64,000 nucleotides of DNA. It comes from Candidatus Latescibacterota bacterium. GTDB taxonomy: Bacteria > Latescibacterota > UBA2968 > UBA8231. This document shows positions 26,453-35,487 of the stretch, piece after piece. The stretch lies in the NCBI GenBank assembly GCA_964291625.2, contig OZ220089.1:4352001-4416000 (forward strand). Direction: 5' to 3'. Every line of letters begins with the position of its first letter. Positions within the stretch are counted from its first letter, which is position 1. A program made the translations under genes and the position numbers. The notes beneath the pieces were generated by a model. It had not been told where the DNA came from and did not search any database. It saw only the letters and a list, made by a program, of their open reading frames with translations.

Positions 26453-28168
26453 TCAGAACGTCCGGTAGACGTAGAGCAGGTACGCCGCCAGGACCCCGAC
26501 CACGACGAGGACGGAGGTGCTGGTGAGCCAGGTCCGTCCCGCCCAGGCGGAGGGTCCGTGATGGGCGTGGAGGAAGCCGATCGTCCAGGCGGTCAGACCC
26601 CGGCCCGCCCCTGAGAACCCCTCTCGCAGCGGCGCCGTGAGAGTCCCGAGTCCCTCGATTCCCCGGGGCAGCAGCTTCCGCCCCAGCCAGTCGGCGTCGA
26701 GGTTCACCCCGCGCAGCTCGGGTGGGTAGAGGTGGGTCAGCTTGAGGGCGGCGAAGGCGAGGGCCGAGAAGAACAGGAGCTGCAGCTGGTGCAGGACGTG
26801 GCTCGGCTCGAACGGGTGGTACGGGGTGCCGTCGGAGAACACCACGGGGTAGGGCAGGAGACCGTAGAGGACCCCCGGCCAGATGCCGTTGAAGAGGCAG
26901 ACGGCGGCCCCGAGGCCCATGGCGATCAGCATGTTCCGCGGCGCCTCCCGGCAGCGGATGCCGGCGTCGTGGGAGAAGAAGGCGAAGAAGGGGATCTTGA
27001 TGCCGGCGTGATGGAAGACCCCCGCCGAGGCGAAGAGGAGCATGAGCCAGAGCGCGACATGCCCCTGGTGGGCGGCCTCGGCCATGACCATCGACTTGCT
27101 GACGAAGCCGCTGAAGAGGGGGAAGGCCGAGATCGACGAGGCGCCGACGATGCAGAACCCCGCCGTCCACGGCATCGACTTGTAGAGGCCCCCCAGGTCG
27201 GAGCCGTTCATCCGTCCCGTGCGCAGCAGGACGGCCCCCATGGACATGAACAGCACGCCCTTGAAGAACACGTCGTTGAAGGCGTGGGCCACGGCGCCGT
27301 TGACCCCCAGCCCCTCGCCGAGGCCGACGCCGACGACCATGAAGCCGATCTGGTTGATCATGCTGTAGCCGAGGACCCGGCGCAGGTCGTTCTCGATGAC
27401 GGCGAAGAAGATGGGGAAGAGGGTCATCACCGCCCCGATCCAGATCAGCACCTCGGCGCCGGCGAACCCGCGGGCCAGGCAGTAGACGGCGGCCTTGGTG
27501 GTGAAGGCGGAGAGGAAGACGGTGCCCGTGGGCGTCGCCTCCGGATAGGCGTCGATGAGCCACGTATGCAGCAGGGGGAAGGCGCACTTGACGCCGATGG
27601 CCAGCAGCAGCAGCCAGGCCGCCAGGCCTTCGAGCTCCATGGGTCCGAAGGCCAGGGAGCCGGTCTCGTGGTAGTGCAGCGCGGCCCCGGCCAGCAGCAG
27701 CAGCCCCGAGGTGACGTGAACCAGCAGGTAGCGCATCCCCGCCCCCAGGGCGCGCTCGCTCCGCCGGGCCCAGATCTGGAAGACCGAGGTGACGGCCAGC
27801 AGCTCCCAGAACAGGAAGAGGGTGACCAGGTCGCCGGCGAAGACGGCGCCCACGGCGCTGCCGGCGTAGATCAGGCCCGTCGTCGGCTGCAGCCAGTCCT
27901 TCAGGTGCAGGGCGTAGACGGCGCCCACGAGGGCCGCCAGGTGGAAGAGGTATCCGAAGATCAGGCTGAGCCGGTCGACGCGCAGCACGTGCAGCTCGAC
28001 GCCGGCCAGCTCCAGGCGCAGCTCGGCTCCCGCCTCCAGCCCCAGGAGGTTGAGAAAGCCGGCCAGGGGGAGTACCACCGTGGCCGCCCCCCGCCAGGGG
28101 CCCCGCAGCAGCGGCAGCACCAGCCCTCCCGCCACCAGGATGAGGGCGGGGTGGAGGCTACCGCTCAT
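26453..28168 (-). CDS. Mrp antiporter subunit D-family protein
   Basis: Proton-antiporter TM protein: FWEL, PLLHTWL.DAYPEA, RRVLGYS. Confidence 0.88.
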   Translation of the reverse strand: MSGSLHPALILVAGGLVLPLLRGPWRGAATVVLPLAGFLNLLGLEAGAELRLELAGVELHVLRVDRLSLIFGYLFHLAALVGAVYALHLKDWLQPTTGLIYAGSAVGAVFAGDLVTLFLFWELLAVTSVFQIWARRSERALGAGMRYLLVHVTSGLLLLAGAALHYHETGSLAFGPMELEGLAAWLLLLAIGVKCAFPLLHTWLIDAYPEATPTGTVFLSAFTTKAAVYCLARGFAGAEVLIWIGAVMTLFPIFFAVIENDLRRVLGYSMINQIGFMVVGVGLGEGLGVNGAVAHAFNDVFFKGVLFMSMGAVLLRTGRMNGSDLGGLYKSMPWTAGFCIVGASSISAFPLFSGFVSKSMVMAEAAHQGHVALWLMLLFASAGVFHHAGIKIPFFAFFSHDAGIRCREAPRNMLIAMGLGAAVCLFNGIWPGVLYGLLPYPVVFSDGTPYHPFEPSHVLHQLQLLFFSALAFAALKLTHLYPPELRGVNLDADWLGRKLLPRGIEGLGTLTAPLREGFSGAGRGLTAWTIGFLHAHHGPSAWAGRTWLTSTSVLVVVGVLAAYLLYVYRTF

Positions 28169-28424
28169 AGTAGTCCTCGCCGCGCATGAGGAACTTGCGC
28201 ATCTGCCGGGCCGCCAGGACCAGCAGCACGCAGGCGACGAACCCGTAGACCGGGTAGAAGCCGTACCAGCCCTCGGTGCCGAAGACGCCCTCCCGGAAGC
28301 TCAGGTGGCCGTGGATGAGGAAATCGATCACCAGGAGGACGGCGCAGCAGGCGAAGAGGAGCCGGATGATGCGCTTCACGTTGCGCGCGTCGTCGAAGAG
28401 GTGGCGCTTTCCGGAGGGTTCCAT
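28158..28424 (-). CDS. small two-TM protein within the mrp operon
   Basis: Two TMs, GFY.VYGFVACV and a C-terminal R.EDYY; overlaps the neighbouring gene. Confidence 0.75.
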   Translation of the reverse strand: MEPSGKRHLFDDARNVKRIIRLLFACCAVLLVIDFLIHGHLSFREGVFGTEGWYGFYPVYGFVACVLLVLAARQMRKFLMRGEDYYER

Positions 28425-28427
28425 CGT

Positions 28428-29903
28428 TCAGTCTCCCGCGAGGCCGGGGGCCAGTGCCGCCAGGAACCGGTAGATGGGCCCGGCCTGGAAGAACAGGACC
28501 ACGCACCCCAGGGCCGTGAGCGCCAGCGCCGCCACGCACGGCAGCGGCGCCTCTCGGAGGCCCGCGCCCTCTTCCTCCCCTTCGGAGCGGGAGAAGAAAG
28601 CGCGCACCGGGATCGGCACGAGATAGGCGATGTTGAGGAGGGAGCTGACCATCAGCACGGCGACGAAGACGAGCTGGTCGGCCTCCAGGGCCCCGAGGAA
28701 CAGGTACCACTTGCTCCACAGCCCGCCCAGCGGGGGCAGGCCGATGACGCACAGGGCCCCCACGAGGAAGGCGGCCATGGTGAAGGGCATCCGCCGTCCG
28801 ATGCCGCCCATGTCGCTGACCTCGGTCTTGTGGAGGGCCACGTCGATGGCGCCGGCGCAGAAGAACAGGGTGATCTTGCCGAAGGCGTGCATGACGATGT
28901 GCATGGCGCCGCCGACCACGGCCAGGGGCGTGGCCAGGGCCGCTCCGAGGACGATGTAGGAGAGCTGGCTCACCGTGGAGTAGGCGAGCCTCGCCTTGAG
29001 GTTGTCCCGGGTCATGGCCACCAGCGAGGCCGCCAGGACCGTGGCCCCGGCGACGTACATGAGCCACACGCTGGCGCCGGTCTCGCCCAGGTAGTCGAGG
29101 CCGAAGACATAGACCAGCAGCTTCAGGATGGTGAACACCCCCGCCTTGACCACGGCCACCGCGTGCAGCAGGGCGCTCACCGGCGCCGGGGCCACCATCG
29201 CCGCCGGCAGCCACCGGTGAAAGGGCATGATCGCCGCCTTGCCGGTGCCGAAGGCGAACAGGCCCAGGAGCAGGTACAGGGCGGGCCCGTCGACCTTGCC
29301 GGCCAGGATCCCCCCCGGCTCGAAGTCGAGGGTGCCGGCGGCGGCGTAGGTCCAGACCACGGCCAGCAGCAGGAGTCCCACCGACGTGGCCATGAGGATC
29401 CCCAGGTAGAGGCGCCCTCCCGCCCGGGCCTCGTCCGTGCGACGGTGGGTGACCAGGGGATAGGTGGAGAGCGTGAGGACCTCGTAGAAGATGAACAGCG
29501 TCAGGAGGTTGCCGGCGAAGGCCACGCCCAGGGCGGCGCTGATGGCGACGGCGAAGAAGAAGAAGAACCGGGTCTGGTTCTGCTCGTGGTGGCCGCGCAT
29601 GTAGCCGATGCCGTAGAGGGTGGTGACGGTCCACAGGCCGGAGGCCACGAGGGCGAAGATCATCCCCAGGGGCTCGGCGTGGAAGGCGAGATGCAGGCCC
29701 GGCACGACCTCGAGCAGGACCGCCTCCGGGACCCGGCCGGCGGCCACGGCGGGCATCAGGCTGAGGACCACCGCGAAGGTGGCGCCCCCCGCAACCAGGC
29801 TCAGGCCGTCCCGCAGGTTCGGCCGCCCCCCGGCCAGGGCCACCAACCCCGCGGCCAAGGCCGGCAGCAGGACGGCCAGCAGGAGGGAGGTCTCGGCGGT
29901 CAC
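28428..29903 (-). CDS. Mrp antiporter subunit D-family protein
   Basis: FYEVLT, PFHRWLP.AMVAP.PVSALLH, LAYSTVSQL. Confidence 0.88.
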   Translation of the reverse strand: MTAETSLLLAVLLPALAAGLVALAGGRPNLRDGLSLVAGGATFAVVLSLMPAVAAGRVPEAVLLEVVPGLHLAFHAEPLGMIFALVASGLWTVTTLYGIGYMRGHHEQNQTRFFFFFAVAISAALGVAFAGNLLTLFIFYEVLTLSTYPLVTHRRTDEARAGGRLYLGILMATSVGLLLLAVVWTYAAAGTLDFEPGGILAGKVDGPALYLLLGLFAFGTGKAAIMPFHRWLPAAMVAPAPVSALLHAVAVVKAGVFTILKLLVYVFGLDYLGETGASVWLMYVAGATVLAASLVAMTRDNLKARLAYSTVSQLSYIVLGAALATPLAVVGGAMHIVMHAFGKITLFFCAGAIDVALHKTEVSDMGGIGRRMPFTMAAFLVGALCVIGLPPLGGLWSKWYLFLGALEADQLVFVAVLMVSSLLNIAYLVPIPVRAFFSRSEGEEEGAGLREAPLPCVAALALTALGCVVLFFQAGPIYRFLAALAPGLAGD

Positions 29904-31387
29904 GGCGCCAGACCTGCCATGAGCACCTCCGCGCCCCGGCGGGCGACACCGGCGGTGAACACGGCGGTGATCCCGAACCAGAGGGTGGCGCCCACCAGGA
30001 TCCAGGTCGGCGCCAGCATGGACACGGGCGCCTCTCCGGCCTCGGCGGTGCGGCCCTCGGGGGGCTGGAAGTAGGCCGCCTCCACCACCCGCCAGACGTA
30101 GGCCACGGCGATCAGGGAGCCGAGGAGGACGAGGACCGCCAGCGGCCACCAGCCGCGCTCGACGGCCGCCAGAACCAGGTACCACTTGCTGACGAAACCC
30201 GCCGTGAGGGGCACCCCGATCAGGCTCAGCCCGCCGAGGACGACGGCCGCCGTGGTCAGCGGCATGCGCCGTCCGATACCCCGCAGGTCGTCGAGCTCAC
30301 AGGCGCCGAGGCGGGCCACCATGCAGCCCACGGCGAGGAACAGGGCGCCCTTGGTCACGGCGTGGTTGAAGAGGTGCACCAGGGTCGCCGTCAGCCCCGT
30401 GGCCGAGCCCAGCCCGACGCCGACCATCATGTAGCCGACCTGGGCGATGCTCGACCAGGCGAGGAGGCGCTTGAGGTTCTCCTGGAAGACGGCGACCAGG
30501 GAGGCGACGAAGACGCCCGCCAGCCCCAGGGCGACGAGCAGCACGTCCATGCCCAGGGTCCCGAAGGAGAAGGCGGGGCCGAAGATCCCGTAGTAGAACC
30601 GCAGGAAGACATAGACCGACACCTTGGTGGCCGTCGCCGCCAGCAGGGCGGTCACCGCCGAAGGGGCGTAGGCATAGGCGTTGGGCAGCCACAGATGCAG
30701 CGGGAAGAGGGCCAGCTTCAGGCCGATTCCGACGGTGAGGAAGGCGAAGGCGGCCAGCACCGTGCGCGTGTGCATCACCGGCTGCAGACGCTGGGCCAGA
30801 TCGACCATGTTCAGGGTGCCCGTCATCATGTAGAGCAGGCCGATGCCGATGACGAAGAAGGTGGCCCCCACCGTCCCCATGATGAGGTACTGGAAGGAGG
30901 CGCTCAGGGCGCGCCGGTCGCGGCCGAGGGCGATGAGGGTATAGCTCGAGAGGGAGGAGATCTCGAGGAAGACGAAGAGGTTGAAGACATCCCCCGTGAT
31001 CGCCATCCCCATGAGTCCGGTGTGGCAGAGGAGGTAGGCGCTGTAGAACAGGTTGCCCCGGATACCGTCCAGCTCGGCGGCGAGGCTGCGCGGCGTGTAG
31101 AGCAGGACCACGCCGCCGATGAGGGCCACCAGGAGGACGACGAAGGCGTTGACCGGGTCGACGCGGTACTCGATCCCCCAGGGCGGCTCCCAGCCGCCGA
31201 GAGCGTAGACGACGACGCCTTCCGCCAGGGCCCGGTGGAGCAGCAGCGCGGCGAGGCCGAAGGCGGTCCAGGCGGCGCCCAGGGCCAAGCCCCAGCTCCA
31301 GCCGCGTCGGCGCAGGAGGATGCAGACCGGCGATGCCGCGAGGGGCACGACGATCTGCAGGACCGGCAGGTGCTCGGAGAGACTCAC
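29900..31387 (-). CDS. mrpD: Mrp antiporter subunit D
   Basis: GGW.PP.GIE, GD.FNLFVFLEI, PLHLWLP.AY. Confidence 0.9.
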   Translation of the reverse strand: MSLSEHLPVLQIVVPLAASPVCILLRRRGWSWGLALGAAWTAFGLAALLLHRALAEGVVVYALGGWEPPWGIEYRVDPVNAFVVLLVALIGGVVLLYTPRSLAAELDGIRGNLFYSAYLLCHTGLMGMAITGDVFNLFVFLEISSLSSYTLIALGRDRRALSASFQYLIMGTVGATFFVIGIGLLYMMTGTLNMVDLAQRLQPVMHTRTVLAAFAFLTVGIGLKLALFPLHLWLPNAYAYAPSAVTALLAATATKVSVYVFLRFYYGIFGPAFSFGTLGMDVLLVALGLAGVFVASLVAVFQENLKRLLAWSSIAQVGYMMVGVGLGSATGLTATLVHLFNHAVTKGALFLAVGCMVARLGACELDDLRGIGRRMPLTTAAVVLGGLSLIGVPLTAGFVSKWYLVLAAVERGWWPLAVLVLLGSLIAVAYVWRVVEAAYFQPPEGRTAEAGEAPVSMLAPTWILVGATLWFGITAVFTAGVARRGAEVLMAGLAP

Positions 31388-31731
31388 CCGGAGTCGGCCG
31401 CGTGGATCTCGTCCTCCTCCACGGTGCCGTAGGCCTCCTGGATGCGGACGATGAGGGCCAGGCCCAGGGCCGTCGTGGCGATGCCGACGACGATGGCGGT
31501 GAGGATGAGGACGTGGGGCAGGGGATTGGAGTAGGCGGCGCCCGCCTCCGTGAGGATCGGCGCCGTCCCTCCCTCGATCTTGCCCATGGTGATGTAGAGG
31601 ATGAAGACCGAGGTCTGGAAGAGGCCCAGTCCGACCATCTTCTTGATCAGGTTTCGGCTCGACATGACGATGTAGAAGCCGGTCATCATCAGGAAGATGA
31701 CGACCCAGTAGTTGATCAGTCCGACGTGCAC
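31384..31731 (-). CDS. mrpC: Mrp antiporter subunit C
   Basis: NLIK...GL, NPLPHVLILTAIVVG. Confidence 0.92.
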   Translation of the reverse strand: MHVGLINYWVVIFLMMTGFYIVMSSRNLIKKMVGLGLFQTSVFILYITMGKIEGGTAPILTEAGAAYSNPLPHVLILTAIVVGIATTALGLALIVRIQEAYGTVEEDEIHAADSG

Positions 31732-32150
31732 GGCTCCCCCTTGCGTCCGGCGAAGGCGAGGAAGACGGCGATCATCACCGCGGCCACGGTGAGGCCCACC
31801 CCGAGCTCGACGAGCAGGATGCCGTGGTGCTGGCCCTCCACGGGATCGCCGGCGAGGACGTCGTAGTCGAGGAATCGGCCCCCCATGAACAGCCCCGCCA
31901 GGCCGGTCCCCGCGAAGAGCAGCACCCCGGCGGCGATACCCGCCTCGAGCAGGCGGGCGGGGGCGACCCGCCGCGCCGCCTCGACGCCGAAGACGAGGGT
32001 GTAGAGCACGAAGGCGGCGGCGAAGATCACCCCGGCCTGGAACCCGCCGCCCGGGCCGTAGTCGCCGTGGAACTGCACGTAGAGGCCGAAGAGGAGGATG
32101 AAGGGGATCAGGAGCTTGGCCACGACCCGGAGGATGAGATGGTGGCTCAC
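31716..32150 (-). CDS. mrpB: Mrp antiporter subunit B
   Basis: HGDYGPGGGFQAGV. Confidence 0.9.
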   Translation of the reverse strand: MSHHLILRVVAKLLIPFILLFGLYVQFHGDYGPGGGFQAGVIFAAAFVLYTLVFGVEAARRVAPARLLEAGIAAGVLLFAGTGLAGLFMGGRFLDYDVLAGDPVEGQHHGILLVELGVGLTVAAVMIAVFLAFAGRKGEPCTSD

Positions 32151-32683
32151 GGGGCGTCCCGGCTCCGCCGGCGGCCCCCCAGGAGCAGCAGAACCCCGAC
32201 GCCGGCGGTGAAGATCACGGTCAGCTCGCCGAGGGTGTCGTAGCCCCGGTAGCTGGCCAGCACGGAGGTGACGATGTTGGGCACGCCGATCTCCTCTCCC
32301 GACCGCTCGATGTAGCGCGGGGCCACATGCTGGTGGACCGGGGCCCCGGGGTCCCCGTAGCGCGGCATGTCGAGGGTGGCGAAGACCAGAGCCGCCCCCG
32401 TGATGACCACCACGAGGAGGGGAACGACCGTCGGATGGCCGGACTCCTCCCGCCTCGTCGTCAGCAGCATGGTGCCGAGGAAGATCACCGTGGAGACGCC
32501 GGCGCCCACGGCGGCCTCGGTGAAGGCCACGTCCACGGCGTCGAGTACCGTGAAGAGGGCGGCCGAGACGAGGCTGTAGAAGCCCATGAAGACGACAACG
32601 GCCAGGAGGTTGCGGAGGCGGGCCACGGCCACGGCGATGCCGGCCAGGAAGAGGAGGAGGCTGAGGTCGATCAGCCCGGTCAA
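32147..32683 (-). CDS. DUF4040/MrpA C-terminal-like subunit
   Basis: DVAFTEAAVGAG and NIVTSVLASYRGYDTLGE; TTG start overlapping the mrpG stop. Confidence 0.88.
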   Translation of the reverse strand: MTGLIDLSLLLFLAGIAVAVARLRNLLAVVVFMGFYSLVSAALFTVLDAVDVAFTEAAVGAGVSTVIFLGTMLLTTRREESGHPTVVPLLVVVITGAALVFATLDMPRYGDPGAPVHQHVAPRYIERSGEEIGVPNIVTSVLASYRGYDTLGELTVIFTAGVGVLLLLGGRRRSRDAP

Positions 32684-33021
32684 GAGGGCTCGTCCTCTTG
32701 ACCGGCGTGGGGTTCCTCCGTCTCGGGGGTGTACGGCTCCAGCCCGTCCTCGAGGGCGGCCCTGGCGATGGCGTGAGCCGCCGTCGGACTGGTGATCCAC
32801 AGGAGGCCGAGGACGAAGGCCAGCTTCACCAGCACCAGCGTCCATCCCGCCTGCAGCATCAGCCCCCCGAGAACCAGTCCCGCGCCCAGGGTGTCGGTGA
32901 CGCCCGCTCCGTGCATGCGGCTGAAGAAGTCCGGCAGCCGGTGGAGCCCGATGCCGCCGACGACGCAGAAGAACGCCCCCGACATCAGCAGGGCCCAGCT
33001 GGCCAGGTCGATGAAATCCAT
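32680..33021 (-). CDS. mrpG: Mrp antiporter subunit G
   Basis: RLPDFFSRMH....DTLG, SPTAAHAIARA. Confidence 0.9.
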   Translation of the reverse strand: MDFIDLASWALLMSGAFFCVVGGIGLHRLPDFFSRMHGAGVTDTLGAGLVLGGLMLQAGWTLVLVKLAFVLGLLWITSPTAAHAIARAALEDGLEPYTPETEEPHAGQEDEPS

Positions 33022-33023
33022 GG

Positions 33024-33302
33024 TCAGCGGCGGCTCACTCGTCCGGGGCCGAAGAAGCTCCCGTACTGGACGAACTTCAGGATCGCCACGGTGGAGATGA
33101 AGTTGAGGAGGACGTAGATCAGGGCGAGGTCGAGGAACTCGGGCCGCCCCGTGAGGAACCCGAGGACGGCGATGAGCAGGACCGTCTTGGTGCCGCACAT
33201 GTTGGCCCCGAGGACGCGGTCGTACACCGTCGGACCGAGGGCGGTGCGCGCCAGGGCCAGGGCCATGGTGAACAGCACGGCGGCCATGGTGGCTGCGAAC
33301 AT
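33024..33302 (-). CDS. mrpF: Mrp antiporter subunit F
   Basis: GPTVYDRVL, DLALIY..LNFISTVA. Confidence 0.9.
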   Translation of the reverse strand: MFAATMAAVLFTMALALARTALGPTVYDRVLGANMCGTKTVLLIAVLGFLTGRPEFLDLALIYVLLNFISTVAILKFVQYGSFFGPGRVSRR

Positions 33303-33307
33303 GGCTC

Positions 33308-33787
33308 TCAGTCCGCCGGGCCTTCGAGGCTGCGCACCCGCCGGTCCATCCGGCCCGCCTCCAGCTCCTCGGCGGCCTCCCGGGTCAGGGCGTGGACGGT
33401 GAATTCCTCGCCGTCGGCATCGCAGGTCAGGGTCCCCGGAGTCAGGGTGATGGAGTTGGCGTAGATCGCGCGGCCGAGGCTCGTCCTCTGTCCGGGCCGG
33501 ACCCGCAGCATGCGCGGGGCGACAGGCGGTCCCGGCCGCAGGATGCGGAGGGCCACGTCGATGTTGGACCGCAAGAGGGCCCGGATCAGCCAGGGGAGAT
33601 AGAGCAGCAGGCGCGGTGTCAGGTGCAGAGGCACCACTTCCTCGTCGAGCAGTTCCATGCGCCGGACGATGAGGACGACGAGAAGGCAGGATCCGGCGCC
33701 GCAGGCCAGCAGCAGGAGGGTGTAGTGGTTGGACCAGAGGAGCCAGGATGCGCAACAGGCGAGGCCCAGGCTGACGGCGCGTATCAA
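33308..33787 (-). CDS. mrpE: Mrp antiporter subunit E
   Basis: SNIDVA..IL, ANSITLTPGT, VHAL. Confidence 0.9.
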   Translation of the reverse strand: MIRAVSLGLACCASWLLWSNHYTLLLLACGAGSCLLVVLIVRRMELLDEEVVPLHLTPRLLLYLPWLIRALLRSNIDVALRILRPGPPVAPRMLRVRPGQRTSLGRAIYANSITLTPGTLTCDADGEEFTVHALTREAAEELEAGRMDRRVRSLEGPAD

Positions 33788-33872
33788 GTGGCGTGACTCC
33801 GGGGGGGAGGGCTCGGGCCGGCAAGAGTTGCGCGAGGCGCCGGCGAATCCGCGTAGGCACAGAGTTCCCAAA

Positions 33873-33900
33873 AGGTTACGGGGCCGCCGTAGATCGTCAA
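33873..33900 (-). promoter_or_regulatory. sigma70-type promoter for the mrp operon
   Basis: Minus-strand TTGACG-16 bp-TAACCT upstream of mrpE. Confidence 0.5.
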
Positions 33901-33926
33901 GCCGTCGCCGGGCCTGCCGCGTCTGC

Positions 33927-33955
33927 TTGTGACCACACGGGGCGGCCCATACCTT
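33927..33955 (+). promoter_or_regulatory. divergent sigma70-type promoter for the enolase-family gene
   Basis: TTGTGA-17 bp-TACCTT. Confidence 0.4.
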
Positions 33956-34037
33956 GCGGCGAGAGAGCCCCCCATCGCCCGGCCGGGTGCCCGCCCTGGC
34001 GGACCCGCCGCCCTCACCCTCCAGCCTGGAGAGTCCC

Positions 34038-35309
34038 ATGCCCGCCCCCCTGCGCATCCAGGAGGTCGAGCGCATCACCGTGCGCGTGCCCTTCACCGAG
34101 CGCGTGAGCCGCTGGAACGCGCTCCTCGTCTGGCAGTGGCAGATCGTCGAGATCATCCGCGTCACCACCGACGACGGCAGCGTCGGCTACGGCGAGACCC
34201 TGCCCCACTACACCTGGGGGCCGGTCGGCGACCAGGCCCTGGAGGGCGTGCGCGGCCGCAACCCCTCCGAGCTGCTCGGCGACGACAGCCTCGGCGCCGG
34301 CCTGCAGATGGCGCTCTACGACGTGGTCGGCAAGGCCCTGGGGGTACCCGCCTACAAGCTGTTCAACCTGCCCAAGGTGCGCGACTGGTGCCCCATCGCC
34401 TGGTGGAACACCAAGATGAGCCCCGAGGACCTGGCCGGGGAGGCGAAGGACGCGGTGGCCGCAGGCTACATCTTCCACAAGTTCAAGACCCGGCCCTGGA
34501 TCGACGTCTACCAGCAGGTGGAGGCCGTCAGCGCCGTCACCCCCCGCCATTACCGGCTCGACCTCGACTGGAACGGCATGCTTCTCAACGTGGGCACCGC
34601 CGCCCCCGTACTGCAGCGGCTCGACGGGTACGAGCGGGTCTCCATCTACGAGGGCCCCATCAACCAGGGGGACGTGGAGGGCCAGCGGGAACTGCGCCGT
34701 AAGGTTTCCCGGCCGATCGCCCTCCACTTCGGGGCGCCCCCCTTTCCCACGGCGGTGAAGGAAGCGGTCTGCGACGGCTTCGTCATCGGCGGGGGCGTCT
34801 CCGCCGTGCTGCGCCAGGGCCAGCTCGCCGCCGAGTTCGAGAAGCCCTTCTGGCTGCAGATGGTCGGCGCCGGCCTGGTGACCGCCTTCGCCGCCCATCT
34901 CGGCGCGGTGCTGAACTTCGCCCAGTGGCCGGCGATCACCTGCCTGAACAACTACACCGACGACCTGCTGAGCGAGCCCCTCACCATCCGGGGAGGATAC
35001 CTGCGCGTGCCCGAGGGGCCGGGGCTCGGCGTCCAGGTCGACGAGGAGGCGCTCAGCCGCCTGGCAATGGAACCCCCGTACCGGGTGGAGGAGCCGCGCC
35101 ACATCCTCTCGGTGGTCTGGGAGGGGGGCCGCGTCGTGCACTTCTCCAGCATGCGAGACCAGTGCTGGCCGCACTTCCGGCAGGCCGGCAACGATCCGGC
35201 CCAGGAGCCGGGGGTCAGGCTGGAGATCCGGGACGACGACGGCTCCCGGGAGTGGGCCGATCTCTACGAGCGCCTGCGGCAGGGGCCGGTGCGCGAGCAG
35301 CGGTCCTAG
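34038..35309 (+). CDS. mandelate racemase/muconate lactonizing (enolase superfamily) enzyme with C-terminal extension
   Basis: G.VGYGE, ALYD..GKALGVP, KFK, D.N, EGP, GPGLGV. Confidence 0.88.
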   Translation: MPAPLRIQEVERITVRVPFTERVSRWNALLVWQWQIVEIIRVTTDDGSVGYGETLPHYTWGPVGDQALEGVRGRNPSELLGDDSLGAGLQMALYDVVGKALGVPAYKLFNLPKVRDWCPIAWWNTKMSPEDLAGEAKDAVAAGYIFHKFKTRPWIDVYQQVEAVSAVTPRHYRLDLDWNGMLLNVGTAAPVLQRLDGYERVSIYEGPINQGDVEGQRELRRKVSRPIALHFGAPPFPTAVKEAVCDGFVIGGGVSAVLRQGQLAAEFEKPFWLQMVGAGLVTAFAAHLGAVLNFAQWPAITCLNNYTDDLLSEPLTIRGGYLRVPEGPGLGVQVDEEALSRLAMEPPYRVEEPRHILSVVWEGGRVVHFSSMRDQCWPHFRQAGNDPAQEPGVRLEIRDDDGSREWADLYERLRQGPVREQRS

Positions 35310-35487
35310 CGCGGGGTGGCGACCCGGCAATCATCGGATCGATGACTGGAGCCGCGTCCTGGCCACGGAACCTCTCACCCTGAGGCTGCGCGTCGCCGGA
35401 GAGCGCGTCCACGGCGATCTGGAGCGCTTCCCGGTCCGCGTCGATCTCGTCCTGCCCGCCGTCGCATGGGCAGCCGCGGCATCGGGG

